DNA of 64,000 nt from Bdellovibrionales bacterium RIFOXYD12_FULL_39_22. Lineage in GTDB: Bacteria > Bdellovibrionota > Bacteriovoracia > Bacteriovoracales > Bacteriovoracaceae. A program made the position numbers and the translations under genes. Where the stretch lies: contig MEQL01000047.1 of assembly GCA_001770205.1 (NCBI GenBank), positions 1 to 64,000 on the forward strand, written 5' to 3'. The notes below the pieces were generated by a model. It had not been told where the DNA came from, did not search any database, and worked only from the letters and a program-made list of their open reading frames with translations. Positions 49,751 through 58,984 of this stretch are shown in pieces. Every line of letters begins with the position of its first letter. Position 1 is the first letter of the stretch.

Positions 49751-52648
49751 GTGAGGTTTATACTAAAACTAACTACATTTAAATACCTAGAAATTTTTGT
49801 TATCAATCTGGTGCTAAGTTTTTCCAGCTTTGCCGATCCCACTCTCTATTTTAGATGGGGGCCATATGATACCAACAAAATAATTCTCGAAAAAGGCGGC
49901 TTCCCTGGGAATGCGGCCGTATATGATCAAGATTTATATAGTGGAGAGTCGGCCACTTACACAGAGGATTTATACAAAAAATTAGCAGAGTGGAATAGTA
50001 TGAATCAAGATGCGGCAAGTACCGGTCTCTATAACTCTTCCGACTTGTTTGATTCTATGTCCTTTGGCAAAAGCGAACCATCTTTATTAATAATTGAAGT
50101 GGATGTTTCCGATGGTAAAAAGACCATGTACAGCTATACTAAAACATGGAATGTTGCAACTAAGAATAATATTGGACCCCACATTAAAATTCGTCCCCCT
50201 AGTCCAAACGATGTAAAAAAAGTATGGACGCAATTAACCCAAAACATACAAAACGAAAGTCTTCACGAAACAATTTTTTCTCTATGTTCCTCATTACAAC
50301 GACATTATGGGCGCCATCTATTCCCAAACTCAACTAAAATCTTTCTTGAACGAATTATTTTCGACGAGTCTTTAGACTATTTAGCTAAGGAGATCGATAG
50401 AATATCTCGCACCGTAGCAACGGCAAAAGACCAACGCTTTTTAAAATCGGTACTTGCGCTCTTTATTACAAAATCACCAGATCATCAAATCGTGCAAAAA
50501 CTTCTTCCTTTAACCTCTATCTGGGGTTGGGAGGATTCTACTGTAAGAAAATTAATTTTAAATGAAAATCCACAAATGCTGATTGAGATGAATCGTCACG
50601 CTACTCCCGCAATGCGAGAACAAATTCTACAACTATTCGAGGGCCCTGATTTTTTTTCTGCAAATATGTCGCGAGATAATCGACTAAACGTCTTATTACA
50701 CTACGCCAACACACTCTCTCCAAATAGAACGACAAATATTAGAACAGAGCTAGAAAAAAGATTATCGCATGGTACCCCTTATGACCTATCAAATAATTTC
50801 TTAGAAACTATCGATAAATTTCTAGGGCCAGACATCAGCCAGCAACATAAAAAAAATATTATTCACGCCTCTTTTGAAAATTATCTTGATATTAATTCCA
50901 ATCTTTTAAAAAACATTGCATCGACTGATCATCAGAATGGGGTTTTGATGATTAAAGAAATTATTATTAAAGAGTTAGAAAACCCCTCTCAAGAGTTTAG
51001 TGAATTAATTTCAGGGGTGACAAAATCAACATCACAAAGATCATTCCACGCTGGTTCTTTTTCAAAATGGTGGGAACTATATTTCCGTCTCCAAAACAAT
51101 AGCTTAAGCAATACTCTTTCACATGCCCAAAAAAGTGAGCTTGAGGCTGCCCGAAAGGTATTAAAAGAAGTTTTGCCAAAAAATCTTGAAGCGTGGAACA
51201 TGGAGCATATTCCCAACCAAGCAGCATTTTTTCAAGTTCTTTTAGACACCAATCCATCGCCTGATATCTTCGTAAAAACCATAGAACAATTTTCTGCCGA
51301 TTTTCCAAACTTCAACAACCAACTTATCGCAGGACTAAAAAATTTCAGACTTACCCCCCAATTTCAAAAAAGTCCATTGCAGTTGAAAGTTTTTGATGCG
51401 TTAGAAAAACTTGAAAAATCTACCAAAACAGGATTAGCTAAAATTAGCAAAGGACATGCGGCAACACCTCCTATTAACAACGAACAACGCCAACGCATTA
51501 GCCTAGTTAAGTGGGAATCTGCTTTTGAAAACATTCCTAATTCTCAAGAGTATTCTCAACTAAGTCGAACCTTCGTTTTAGTAGACCCCCTATTAGTCAG
51601 TGAAGATTTACGTAAAATGGAAGCAACAAAACCATGGCTTCGCTTCAATGAAAACTATATTGAAGATGGCGTTAATTATAAACAATTGGCCTGGGAAAAC
51701 TTCATAAATGCCTGGGAAACCGAAGCCCCTGGATTGCTTGTTGGGAAAGATGCAAATTTGTATCGTGCTGGTCTTTCTTTAGTTACTGGTAAGGTCGAAG
51801 GTGGACTCAATGCCGGATCAGGCGAAATTGATCTCGAATATAGAAATTCACTTGCTCCAACATTTACTATAGAAGAATGGAAAGCTGCTGGTGGTTTAGA
51901 AGTTGAGTCACACCTGGGAAAATTTTTTGAAATTAATAAAACAGAAAATCTTGTAACTTTAAAGTTTAAACGATTACCAGCCCCTGGGCATAGTTGGTTA
52001 CAAGGAGGAACAGCTTCAACCACCGCCCTTTCATTAATTATGGATAAAGTTGGCAAAATCAAAAATCCAATAGATAGGGCAGCAAAAATCCTAGATGAAG
52101 TTCCAAAAGTTCATGCGCTCAACAACGGAAATGGCCGACTTGCTAGATTTTGGGCCGCGGCAGAACTTACAGCTGCCGGCTTTCCGATGCCATTAGGTTT
52201 TTCAACAAATGATTTTTTTATGAACCCAGAGCGTATGAAATTAGAAGTAAGAAAAGCCGTGGCATTGGGGAAATTCTGGGAGGAGATGTTAAAAAATGCA
52301 GAAAAAGATGGCGTAAAGGTTGAAGATTTTTTTCAAAAGGTTTTTAAAGGATCTTCATTGGAAGGCCTATTGCTAATTACTCCTCATACCGATTTAGAAA
52401 TGAAACAGTTGGTTGAATATTTAGAAAGTCTAGATACTCCTCCAGCATGGGCGGCAGATTTTATGAGAGAAGTCGAAACTCAGATCAACGCGATAAATAG
52501 AAGTGGAAAAAGCATCGGGACAATCTCGGAGTTAGATCAACACAATATTTTAAACAACCTTTGGAAAAACTTCTTGGCCACTAGCAAAAAACAAGGTAGA
52601 TGCGCCTCGCACTTGAAACAATTAATTATTGAGTATAGTAGGAATTAA
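49751..52648 (+). CDS. Large secreted protein with C-terminal Fic-like motif and possible N-terminal ADP-ribosyltransferase-like domain
   Basis: Signal ending SSFA; YFRWG...GLYNSSD...SMSFG...LIIEV; HALNNGNGRLAR. Confidence 0.75.
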   Translation: MRFILKLTTFKYLEIFVINLVLSFSSFADPTLYFRWGPYDTNKIILEKGGFPGNAAVYDQDLYSGESATYTEDLYKKLAEWNSMNQDAASTGLYNSSDLFDSMSFGKSEPSLLIIEVDVSDGKKTMYSYTKTWNVATKNNIGPHIKIRPPSPNDVKKVWTQLTQNIQNESLHETIFSLCSSLQRHYGRHLFPNSTKIFLERIIFDESLDYLAKEIDRISRTVATAKDQRFLKSVLALFITKSPDHQIVQKLLPLTSIWGWEDSTVRKLILNENPQMLIEMNRHATPAMREQILQLFEGPDFFSANMSRDNRLNVLLHYANTLSPNRTTNIRTELEKRLSHGTPYDLSNNFLETIDKFLGPDISQQHKKNIIHASFENYLDINSNLLKNIASTDHQNGVLMIKEIIIKELENPSQEFSELISGVTKSTSQRSFHAGSFSKWWELYFRLQNNSLSNTLSHAQKSELEAARKVLKEVLPKNLEAWNMEHIPNQAAFFQVLLDTNPSPDIFVKTIEQFSADFPNFNNQLIAGLKNFRLTPQFQKSPLQLKVFDALEKLEKSTKTGLAKISKGHAATPPINNEQRQRISLVKWESAFENIPNSQEYSQLSRTFVLVDPLLVSEDLRKMEATKPWLRFNENYIEDGVNYKQLAWENFINAWETEAPGLLVGKDANLYRAGLSLVTGKVEGGLNAGSGEIDLEYRNSLAPTFTIEEWKAAGGLEVESHLGKFFEINKTENLVTLKFKRLPAPGHSWLQGGTASTTALSLIMDKVGKIKNPIDRAAKILDEVPKVHALNNGNGRLARFWAAAELTAAGFPMPLGFSTNDFFMNPERMKLEVRKAVALGKFWEEMLKNAEKDGVKVEDFFQKVFKGSSLEGLLLITPHTDLEMKQLVEYLESLDTPPAWAADFMREVETQINAINRSGKSIGTISELDQHNILNNLWKNFLATSKKQGRCASHLKQLIIEYSRN

Positions 52649-52715
52649 AGGGATCTCCCAATTACCCTTCCCATTTAAATTCCACCGAAAATCCCAAAAT
52701 CTTAAAATCAATATT

Positions 52716-52865
52716 GTTGGCCAACTCTGAAAAGTCCAAAAGACGCGCGAGTTCTGCTGTTGTTAATGCGTTTGCTGGAGGAGTGTCTGGGCCATTGCGC
52801 CGATCCTCTGGGACTATTTCCCATCGTTCAATTGTTCGAATCTCAAGATCTAATACTTCAAAAGA
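52716..52865 (-). mobile_element. IS3-family transposase remnant
   Basis: Minus-strand translation FEVLDLEIRTIERWEIVPEDRRNGPDTPPANALTTAELARLL resembles an IS3-type OrfB N-terminus; no start codon and no DDE domain. Confidence 0.65.
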
Positions 52866-53043
52866 GCAAAAGAACTTTTTTCAATCCTCTGGAATCGATT
52901 ATGGGCCCAACAATATGGCTATGTCCCTTCCTCATATCAACGTATGAGTTATGAAAGAAAATCTTATTTTTTTGCGGATTAAAAATCATGACGAGAGAAA
53001 TAGAATATTTAATTAAAACCGTCTATGACGTGCCTAAGGCCCA

Positions 53044-53238
53044 ACTTACAATGGAAAAAGCACAACCAGGTTTGTGAAGGATGAAAATGTTGAGCAGGTA
53101 AAAAAACAGCTAGAGAATCACAAAAAATTTCTTATTTTAATTCAAGAATGGGTAAGTCTTGCAAGCGATTTGGCTGACCTTGAGATAGTTTCAAAATCTG
53201 AAAAAGTTAGCCAGACAAAGGCGAAAAACGAAGAGTAG
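53044..53238 (+). pseudogene. 5'-truncated DUF6788-like IS accessory gene fragment
   Basis: TYNGKSTTRFVKDENVEQVKKQLENHKKFLILIQEWVSL..., preceded by an in-frame stop at 53035. Confidence 0.55.
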
Positions 53239-53294
53239 CTAAAACCGCCTTTGTTTTTCTGGAATACTATATAATAAAATTATTACAACACCAT

Positions 53295-54485
53295 TTAGAT
53301 TTTTTTCAAAACCTTCAAATAAACTGCCGCAACCAACGCACCGGCAGCTCCATACAAAAATGGCCACATTTCCCCAGCATGATCCCAAAGTAATCCGGCC
53401 ATTGTACTTGCCAAAATAGTACAAAATCCAGTAACCGTTCCTAAGATTCCCACCGCAGAGGCCTTAAGCCTGGAGGGAGCATAATCTACGGCCATGGCCT
53501 TTCCAACTCCATCGGTAGCTCCCATGTACAACCCATAGGCCGCAAACAAAAAAGCAAAATGCCAAAGCTGGCCAGCAAAAGCAAAACCAACATATACGCC
53601 AGCAAACATTATCATTCCAAATAGCATCAATTTTTTTCGCCCGATACTATCGGACAATTTGCCAAGATAGGGACTAGATAACGAGTAAACCAAATTATAT
53701 GCGCAATAAAGCCAAATAACTCCGGCGGTAGAAAAACCCATCTGCCGGGCCCTTAAAAGCAAAAAAACATCACTAGAATTGGTAAGAGAAAAAATCCCCC
53801 AAGCAAAAATATAATTTTTAAACTCTCCCCCAAACTCGCCCCACAAGGAAAGAGGATTTTTCCATTTCGAGGCCTCACTCTTTGTCCGCCCACTGGCCGG
53901 CTCTTTAACAAAAAAAATAACTAGTACTGAAAACAATCCGGGAATTGCTGCCCAATAATAAAGGGGACGGAGGTTATCGCCATAAAATGATAATAACAAC
54001 AGTGCCAACAATGGGCCGACTGCCGCCCCCAAAGTATCCATTCCTCGATGCCAACCGAAGGCCGCTCCTCGCGCCGAGGCATCAACTGAATCAGCAATCA
54101 AAGCATCTCGCGGCGATGAGCGCAACCCCTTACCTGTACGATCTATTACCCGCGCACTCAATACTCCTATCCAAGTAGAAGAGAGGCCAATCAGTGGTTT
54201 AGAAATTGCTCCTAAAAAATAACCGGCAAATAAAAAAGGGCGGCGCCTTAAAATTCTATCCGACCAAATCCCCGAATAGGTTTTAAGCAAACTGGCCACT
54301 GCCTCGGCAATTCCCTCAATCACACCGACAAAGGTTGCAGATGCACCTAAAATGGTTGTCAAAAATATCGGGGTAATTGGATAAAGCATCTCACTGGCCA
54401 CATCAGCAAAAAAAGAGACCATTCCTAGTTTTGCGACTGTGGGATTTAATGCTTTATTTTTGATATTTACGTTTTTATTTTTCAA
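53295..54485 (-). CDS. MFS transporter
   Basis: VSFFADVASEM, DRTGKGLRSSPRDALIA, GKLSDSIGRKK; about 12 TM helices. Confidence 0.93.
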   Translation of the reverse strand: MKNKNVNIKNKALNPTVAKLGMVSFFADVASEMLYPITPIFLTTILGASATFVGVIEGIAEAVASLLKTYSGIWSDRILRRRPFLFAGYFLGAISKPLIGLSSTWIGVLSARVIDRTGKGLRSSPRDALIADSVDASARGAAFGWHRGMDTLGAAVGPLLALLLLSFYGDNLRPLYYWAAIPGLFSVLVIFFVKEPASGRTKSEASKWKNPLSLWGEFGGEFKNYIFAWGIFSLTNSSDVFLLLRARQMGFSTAGVIWLYCAYNLVYSLSSPYLGKLSDSIGRKKLMLFGMIMFAGVYVGFAFAGQLWHFAFLFAAYGLYMGATDGVGKAMAVDYAPSRLKASAVGILGTVTGFCTILASTMAGLLWDHAGEMWPFLYGAAGALVAAVYLKVLKKI

Positions 54486-55618
54486 GAATCGTATTCTCCT
54501 TTTAATTTTCTAGCAATCACCACTCTTTGAATTTGATTCGTTCCCTCTACAATCTGTAACACTTTCGCATCACGCATAAAGCGCTCAAGAGGATATTCGC
54601 TAGTATAACCAACTCCTCCCAAAATCTGTACTGCATCAGTGGTAACTTTCATAGCAGTATCGGTGGCCTTAAGCTTGGCCATGGAGGCCAGCTTTTGATC
54701 ATTTCGTTTTTCATCAAAAAGCTTGGCCGCTTGTCTTACTAATAAACGAGATGACTCAATTTCTGTGGCCATATCGGCCAACATAAATTGCAAGGCCTGA
54801 AAATCAAAAATAGATTTTTTAAACTGCTTACGCTCTAGCGCATACTTCATCGCTTCGTCCAGGGCCCTTTCGGCCAGTCCCACTCCGATCGATCCAATGG
54901 TAATGCGTCCTCGATCTAATGCCGACATAGCAATCTTAAATCCGACGCCTTCTTTACGCAGCATATTTTCCTCTGGCACCAAACAATTTTCAAAAATTAA
55001 TTCTCTGGTTGGGGAAACTTTCCAGCCCATCTTTCGTTCTTTTTTGCCATAAGAAAAACCGGCCCTTCCATCTTCTACAATAAACGCGGAAATGCCAGCC
55101 GCCCCCTCTCCTCCAGTGCGGGCCATGACAATATATGTCTTTGCAATGCCTCCAGAGGTAATAAATATTTTAGATCCATTTAAAATATAACCTTTGGCAG
55201 TCTTCTTGGCGGTAGTCAAAAGAGAAGCGGCATCCGACCCCGCAGAAGACTCGGTAAGTGCGAAAGCACCAATGGCCTCCCCCGAAGCAAGCTCTGGCAA
55301 ATACTTTGACTTTTGTTCATCGTTTCCATATTCATTTATTATCGATTGCACCATGGAAGAAACCGAAACTGTCACAGCATAGGAGACGGAGGACTTAGAA
55401 AGTTCAATCAAGGCCGTACATAGATCTTGATAAGTCAACCCCACTCCTCCAAAATCTTCTGGTGTGGTCATGCCGGTAAATCCCAGCGCGCCCAACTGCT
55501 TAAAAATATCCATCCGAAATTTTTCAGCATGATCATCGGCCTCCGCGAAGGGCTCAATTTTCTCTTTGCGAAATTTTTCTAGTTGGGAAATTAATTCTGT
55601 CTGTAATTCGTTTAACAC
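54482..55618 (-). CDS. Acyl-CoA dehydrogenase
   Basis: FALTESSAGSDA, NGSKIFIT, RKQF, QILGGVGY, IVEGTNQIQR. Confidence 0.96.
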   Translation of the reverse strand: MLNELQTELISQLEKFRKEKIEPFAEADDHAEKFRMDIFKQLGALGFTGMTTPEDFGGVGLTYQDLCTALIELSKSSVSYAVTVSVSSMVQSIINEYGNDEQKSKYLPELASGEAIGAFALTESSAGSDAASLLTTAKKTAKGYILNGSKIFITSGGIAKTYIVMARTGGEGAAGISAFIVEDGRAGFSYGKKERKMGWKVSPTRELIFENCLVPEENMLRKEGVGFKIAMSALDRGRITIGSIGVGLAERALDEAMKYALERKQFKKSIFDFQALQFMLADMATEIESSRLLVRQAAKLFDEKRNDQKLASMAKLKATDTAMKVTTDAVQILGGVGYTSEYPLERFMRDAKVLQIVEGTNQIQRVVIARKLKGEYDS

Positions 55619-55754
55619 GGCCTCCCTCCTCTCTTCCGACTATCTTAAGATTTAAAAGATAGATAATTCTAATAAAAACGCAGGTGACGAGCAACCGTTT
55701 TTAAACTATATTGAACAAGTAATATCGCACCCCAATCGGACGGAGTTTATAATT

Positions 55755-56243
55755 ATGAAAGTAACTATTTTATCTATGCTTATGGTAACAATCTCGATAC
55801 TGCCAAATTTTACTGCTTGGGCGGAAGAACAATCTAGCAAACGCTATGGCCTTGGTTTTATTTTAGGAAATCAAACGGCCTTAACAGCAAAAATGAACTA
55901 CCTGGATAATCGTGCAGTAGATGCCGGACTGGGGTGGTCTTTGGATGCAAAATACGACCGCCTAGTTATTTACGCCGACCACCTCTGGACAAAACCAGAG
56001 TTACTCTCCATCGACAAAGCAATGATAGATGTTTATTACGGTGCTGGCGGGAGGATTTTCGTAGAAACCGAGGCCAGTAAATCGGCTGATGTCATCCTGA
56101 GTGCACGCTTTCCGCTAGGAATTCGCTACTATTTTTCTAAACCCCGTATTGAAATATTCTCCGAACTTGCTCTAATTTTTAATATTTTACCATCAATGCA
56201 ATCAGATGCCGATTTTGGCATTGGCGCTCGCTACTACTTCTAA
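55755..56243 (+). CDS. Small outer-membrane beta-barrel (DUF3996-like)
   Basis: Signal peptide, GLGFILG, YYGAGG, RFPLGI, C-terminal GIGARYYF. Confidence 0.8.
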   Translation: MKVTILSMLMVTISILPNFTAWAEEQSSKRYGLGFILGNQTALTAKMNYLDNRAVDAGLGWSLDAKYDRLVIYADHLWTKPELLSIDKAMIDVYYGAGGRIFVETEASKSADVILSARFPLGIRYYFSKPRIEIFSELALIFNILPSMQSDADFGIGARYYF

Positions 56244-56251
56244 AGAGCCTC

Positions 56252-56941
56252 ATGGAAAAACTATTCTTTGCCGAAAATGATTTACTCACTCTCTCCGTTT
56301 TTCCGGTTGGCGCCCTCCAAGTTAATTGTACCGTCATCTGCGCAAAAAAAAGCAAGCACGCTATTGTTTTTGACCCAGGAGACAATCTTGCTGATATAAA
56401 CGCTATTCTTTCCCAACTAAAGATCAACAAAATAGAATGGTTGATTCACACTCATGCTCACTTTGACCATATTGGCCTGGCCAGCAATCTTAAACAAAAA
56501 TACCAAGCACAAGTCGCACTGCATGAGAAAGACAAGGAACTTTACGCCAATATTGCCGAGCAGTCCAACATGTTTGGCCTGCGCCTAGATCCCCCCACGC
56601 AAGTTGATAGCTACCTAACAGAAACAACAATCCTAGAAACGCCAGATCCAGATCTGGGCGATTTTCTTTCTCGATTAAAAATCATCGCCACTCCTGGACA
56701 CTCTCCTGGCTCTACTTGCTTTTTTTCGGAAGATTTTACCTCTCCGCTGCTCATTGCTGGCGACACTCTATTTTTTCACTCCGTTGGCCGCACAGATCTT
56801 TTTGGTGGAAATTATCTCCAGATTGTTTACTCGATCAAAGGTAAACTCTTTACCTTACCTGGCGCCACGCAAGTAATTTGTGGCCATGGCCTAATGACAC
56901 TCATTAGTGATGAAATTGTATCAAATCCTTTTATTCGCTAA
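56252..56941 (+). CDS. MBL-fold hydrolase (glyoxalase II-like)
   Basis: THAHFDH, TPGHSPG, GDTLF, GRTDL, GHG. Confidence 0.93.
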   Translation: MEKLFFAENDLLTLSVFPVGALQVNCTVICAKKSKHAIVFDPGDNLADINAILSQLKINKIEWLIHTHAHFDHIGLASNLKQKYQAQVALHEKDKELYANIAEQSNMFGLRLDPPTQVDSYLTETTILETPDPDLGDFLSRLKIIATPGHSPGSTCFFSEDFTSPLLIAGDTLFFHSVGRTDLFGGNYLQIVYSIKGKLFTLPGATQVICGHGLMTLISDEIVSNPFIR

Positions 56942-56945
56942 TGCT

Positions 56946-57674
56946 CTAATTCTCTATATCGCTAGACTCTTCTACAATCGGATCAATGGATCTAATCTTA
57001 TAGTCAAAGTTAGTAGAACTAGTTTTTCCATATCCACGACAAAAAACTTCCACAACCGAAGATATCTGATTGATAACTTTTAGACACTCTTCCACATGGC
57101 CAATAAACGTACTTACTGAAACATTGATATCTATAACTTTATATGCCCCTCCCATCGTGAGATCTCCTCGCTGCAAATAACTTTTTGACCACTCTTTTTT
57201 GCCCCCACTCTCGACCAGTTGAAAAATAGTCCCCCCTTCGGCCTGAAATTTTCTCACTAAATCACTTTGCCCAAAAATCTCTCGTACCTCCCAAATATTC
57301 GCAGGTAAGTGCCTATACTCAATTGTAATAGGTAACTCCGACTCTTCTGAACGCAAAATAGCGGACATATTCTTAGGAAAAAAATATTCGACCGCATTAA
57401 CTTTCTGCCTACTGCTTTCACCATTTTGCTTTAATAAAATCATATAATAGGATGTTGCCAAAATAATAACTGCCGCATAAATATAAATTCTACGCTGATG
57501 ATTTCGCCCGGCACTTCCTCTCCGTGCATCCTTAGACCCGCGCGCCAGCCACTTATAGCGCTCCTCCATCTTTTGCATTTTATCTTGATGATGGGCAAAT
57601 TCTTTTTCAATTTTTTGTCTCTTATCCTCTTCCATATCTATAAATATTCTATCCCCTACACACCTGGCCGTCAC
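56946..57674 (-). CDS. Hypothetical single-pass membrane protein
   Basis: 242-aa ORF with one TM helix; start uncertain. Confidence 0.65.
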   Translation of the reverse strand: MTARCVGDRIFIDMEEDKRQKIEKEFAHHQDKMQKMEERYKWLARGSKDARRGSAGRNHQRRIYIYAAVIILATSYYMILLKQNGESSRQKVNAVEYFFPKNMSAILRSEESELPITIEYRHLPANIWEVREIFGQSDLVRKFQAEGGTIFQLVESGGKKEWSKSYLQRGDLTMGGAYKVIDINVSVSTFIGHVEECLKVINQISSVVEVFCRGYGKTSSTNFDYKIRSIDPIVEESSDIEN

Positions 57675-57753
57675 CTCCTTGATTATATTCTGGCCGAGCT
57701 TTAATGAGATAGAATATAATTAAAACAGTTATACAAAAAAATAAGGATCAAAT

Positions 57754-58275
57754 ATGGCAACCCAAAAAAAGTCTTCCGGCAGAACAATGGCCAACCTTCC
57801 GGTGAAAGCACTTGGCCTAGGTGAAACTAATTATCCAAAAAATTATTCTCCTGAAATTTTAGAAGCATTTCCCAATTTAAATCCAGACGTGGATGCTTGG
57901 GCCTCCTTTATCTGTACAGAATTTTCCTCCCTCTGCCCAAAAACTGGCCAACCTGACTTTGCCAAAATATTCATAAACTACATCGCTGATAAAAAAATGA
58001 TTGAATCTAAATCTTTAAAACTTTATCTTTTTAGTTTTAGAAATCATGGAGACTTCCATGAAGATTGTGTGACAAAAATTGCCAAAGACCTAACCGCCCT
58101 AATTTCACCAAAGTATTTAGAGGTAGTTGGCGAATTTACGCCGCGTGGAGGAATTGCCATTTTCCCTTATGTTAATTACGCCTGCAGTGATAAAAAATAT
58201 CAGGATATAAAAACAAAAAGGCAAACTGACTACGCTCCCGGTAAATACAGTTTGCCTTTATCAAAAATCTACTAA
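57754..58275 (+). CDS. queF: PreQ0 reductase QueF (type I)
   Basis: EFSSLCPKTGQPDF, ESKSLKLYLFSFRNHGDFHE, PRGGI. Confidence 0.97.
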   Translation: MATQKKSSGRTMANLPVKALGLGETNYPKNYSPEILEAFPNLNPDVDAWASFICTEFSSLCPKTGQPDFAKIFINYIADKKMIESKSLKLYLFSFRNHGDFHEDCVTKIAKDLTALISPKYLEVVGEFTPRGGIAIFPYVNYACSDKKYQDIKTKRQTDYAPGKYSLPLSKIY

Positions 58276-58293
58276 CTATTAAAAAATTACTTA

Positions 58294-58533
58294 TTACTCA
58301 ATAATTTCGAGAACAGATCTCTTTTTAAGTTTCGTTGATGCCGCATTTAAAATTGTTCGGAGGGCCCGAGCAGTTCTTCCCTGCTTGCCAATAACCTTAC
58401 CCAAATCAGTTTTGTCTACACGCAATTCAACCACAGTTGTTTGCTCACCTAAAACTTCGGTGACATCTACTTTGTCTGGCATGTCGACAAGATGTTTACT
58501 GACGTACTCGATAAGACCTTTCAATTCACTCAT
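58294..58533 (-). CDS. khpA: KH-domain RNA-binding protein KhpA
   Basis: [17 protein letters not shown]; downstream of rpsP. Confidence 0.95.
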   Translation of the reverse strand: MSELKGLIEYVSKHLVDMPDKVDVTEVLGEQTTVVELRVDKTDLGKVIGKQGRTARALRTILNAASTKLKKRSVLEIIE

Positions 58534-58619
58534 GACACAACTCCACTTGCTTACTTCGGTTAATCTTTCTAATTCACTGAATAGAATTTAAAACGGACCT
58601 TCAATTTATAATATCGAAT

Positions 58620-58865
58620 TTATTTAATGTCAATCTTGTGTTTTTTAAATAATGAACTAACCGAATCAGAAAGTTCGGCGCCAGTCCCTAGCCAATAGGC
58701 AATTCGATCAGTCTTAATGTTGGCCAAAATATTTTCTGACCTTGGATCGTATTTACCTAGTCGCTCAATGAACTTTCCAGTTGCGGAGTTACGAGAACTA
58801 GTTGCTACGATTGTGAAAATTGGGCTGTTTTTTCTGCCACCACGAGATAATCTGATCTTAACCAT
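58620..58865 (-). CDS. rpsP: 30S ribosomal protein S16
   Basis: MVKIRLSRGG...GKFIERLGKYDP...YWLGTGA. Confidence 0.96.
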   Translation of the reverse strand: MVKIRLSRGGRKNSPIFTIVATSSRNSATGKFIERLGKYDPRSENILANIKTDRIAYWLGTGAELSDSVSSLFKKHKIDIK

Positions 58866-58984
58866 TAATTGCTCCTATAAAAAGTTATCCCCAATATAAA
58901 AATTATAAACCAATATGAAAGGTGATTTTTAAATCAATTACCCTTATAAGTCAACTCGCAAACTTTGCCAGATCATACCCACCT

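Noticed and set aside
52714..52954. Plus-strand ORFs of 77 and 64 aa
   Set aside because: Antisense to the IS3-like remnant
57675..57753. preQ1 riboswitch upstream of queF
   Set aside because: An A-rich tail is present but no P1 stem or conserved loop is recognisable
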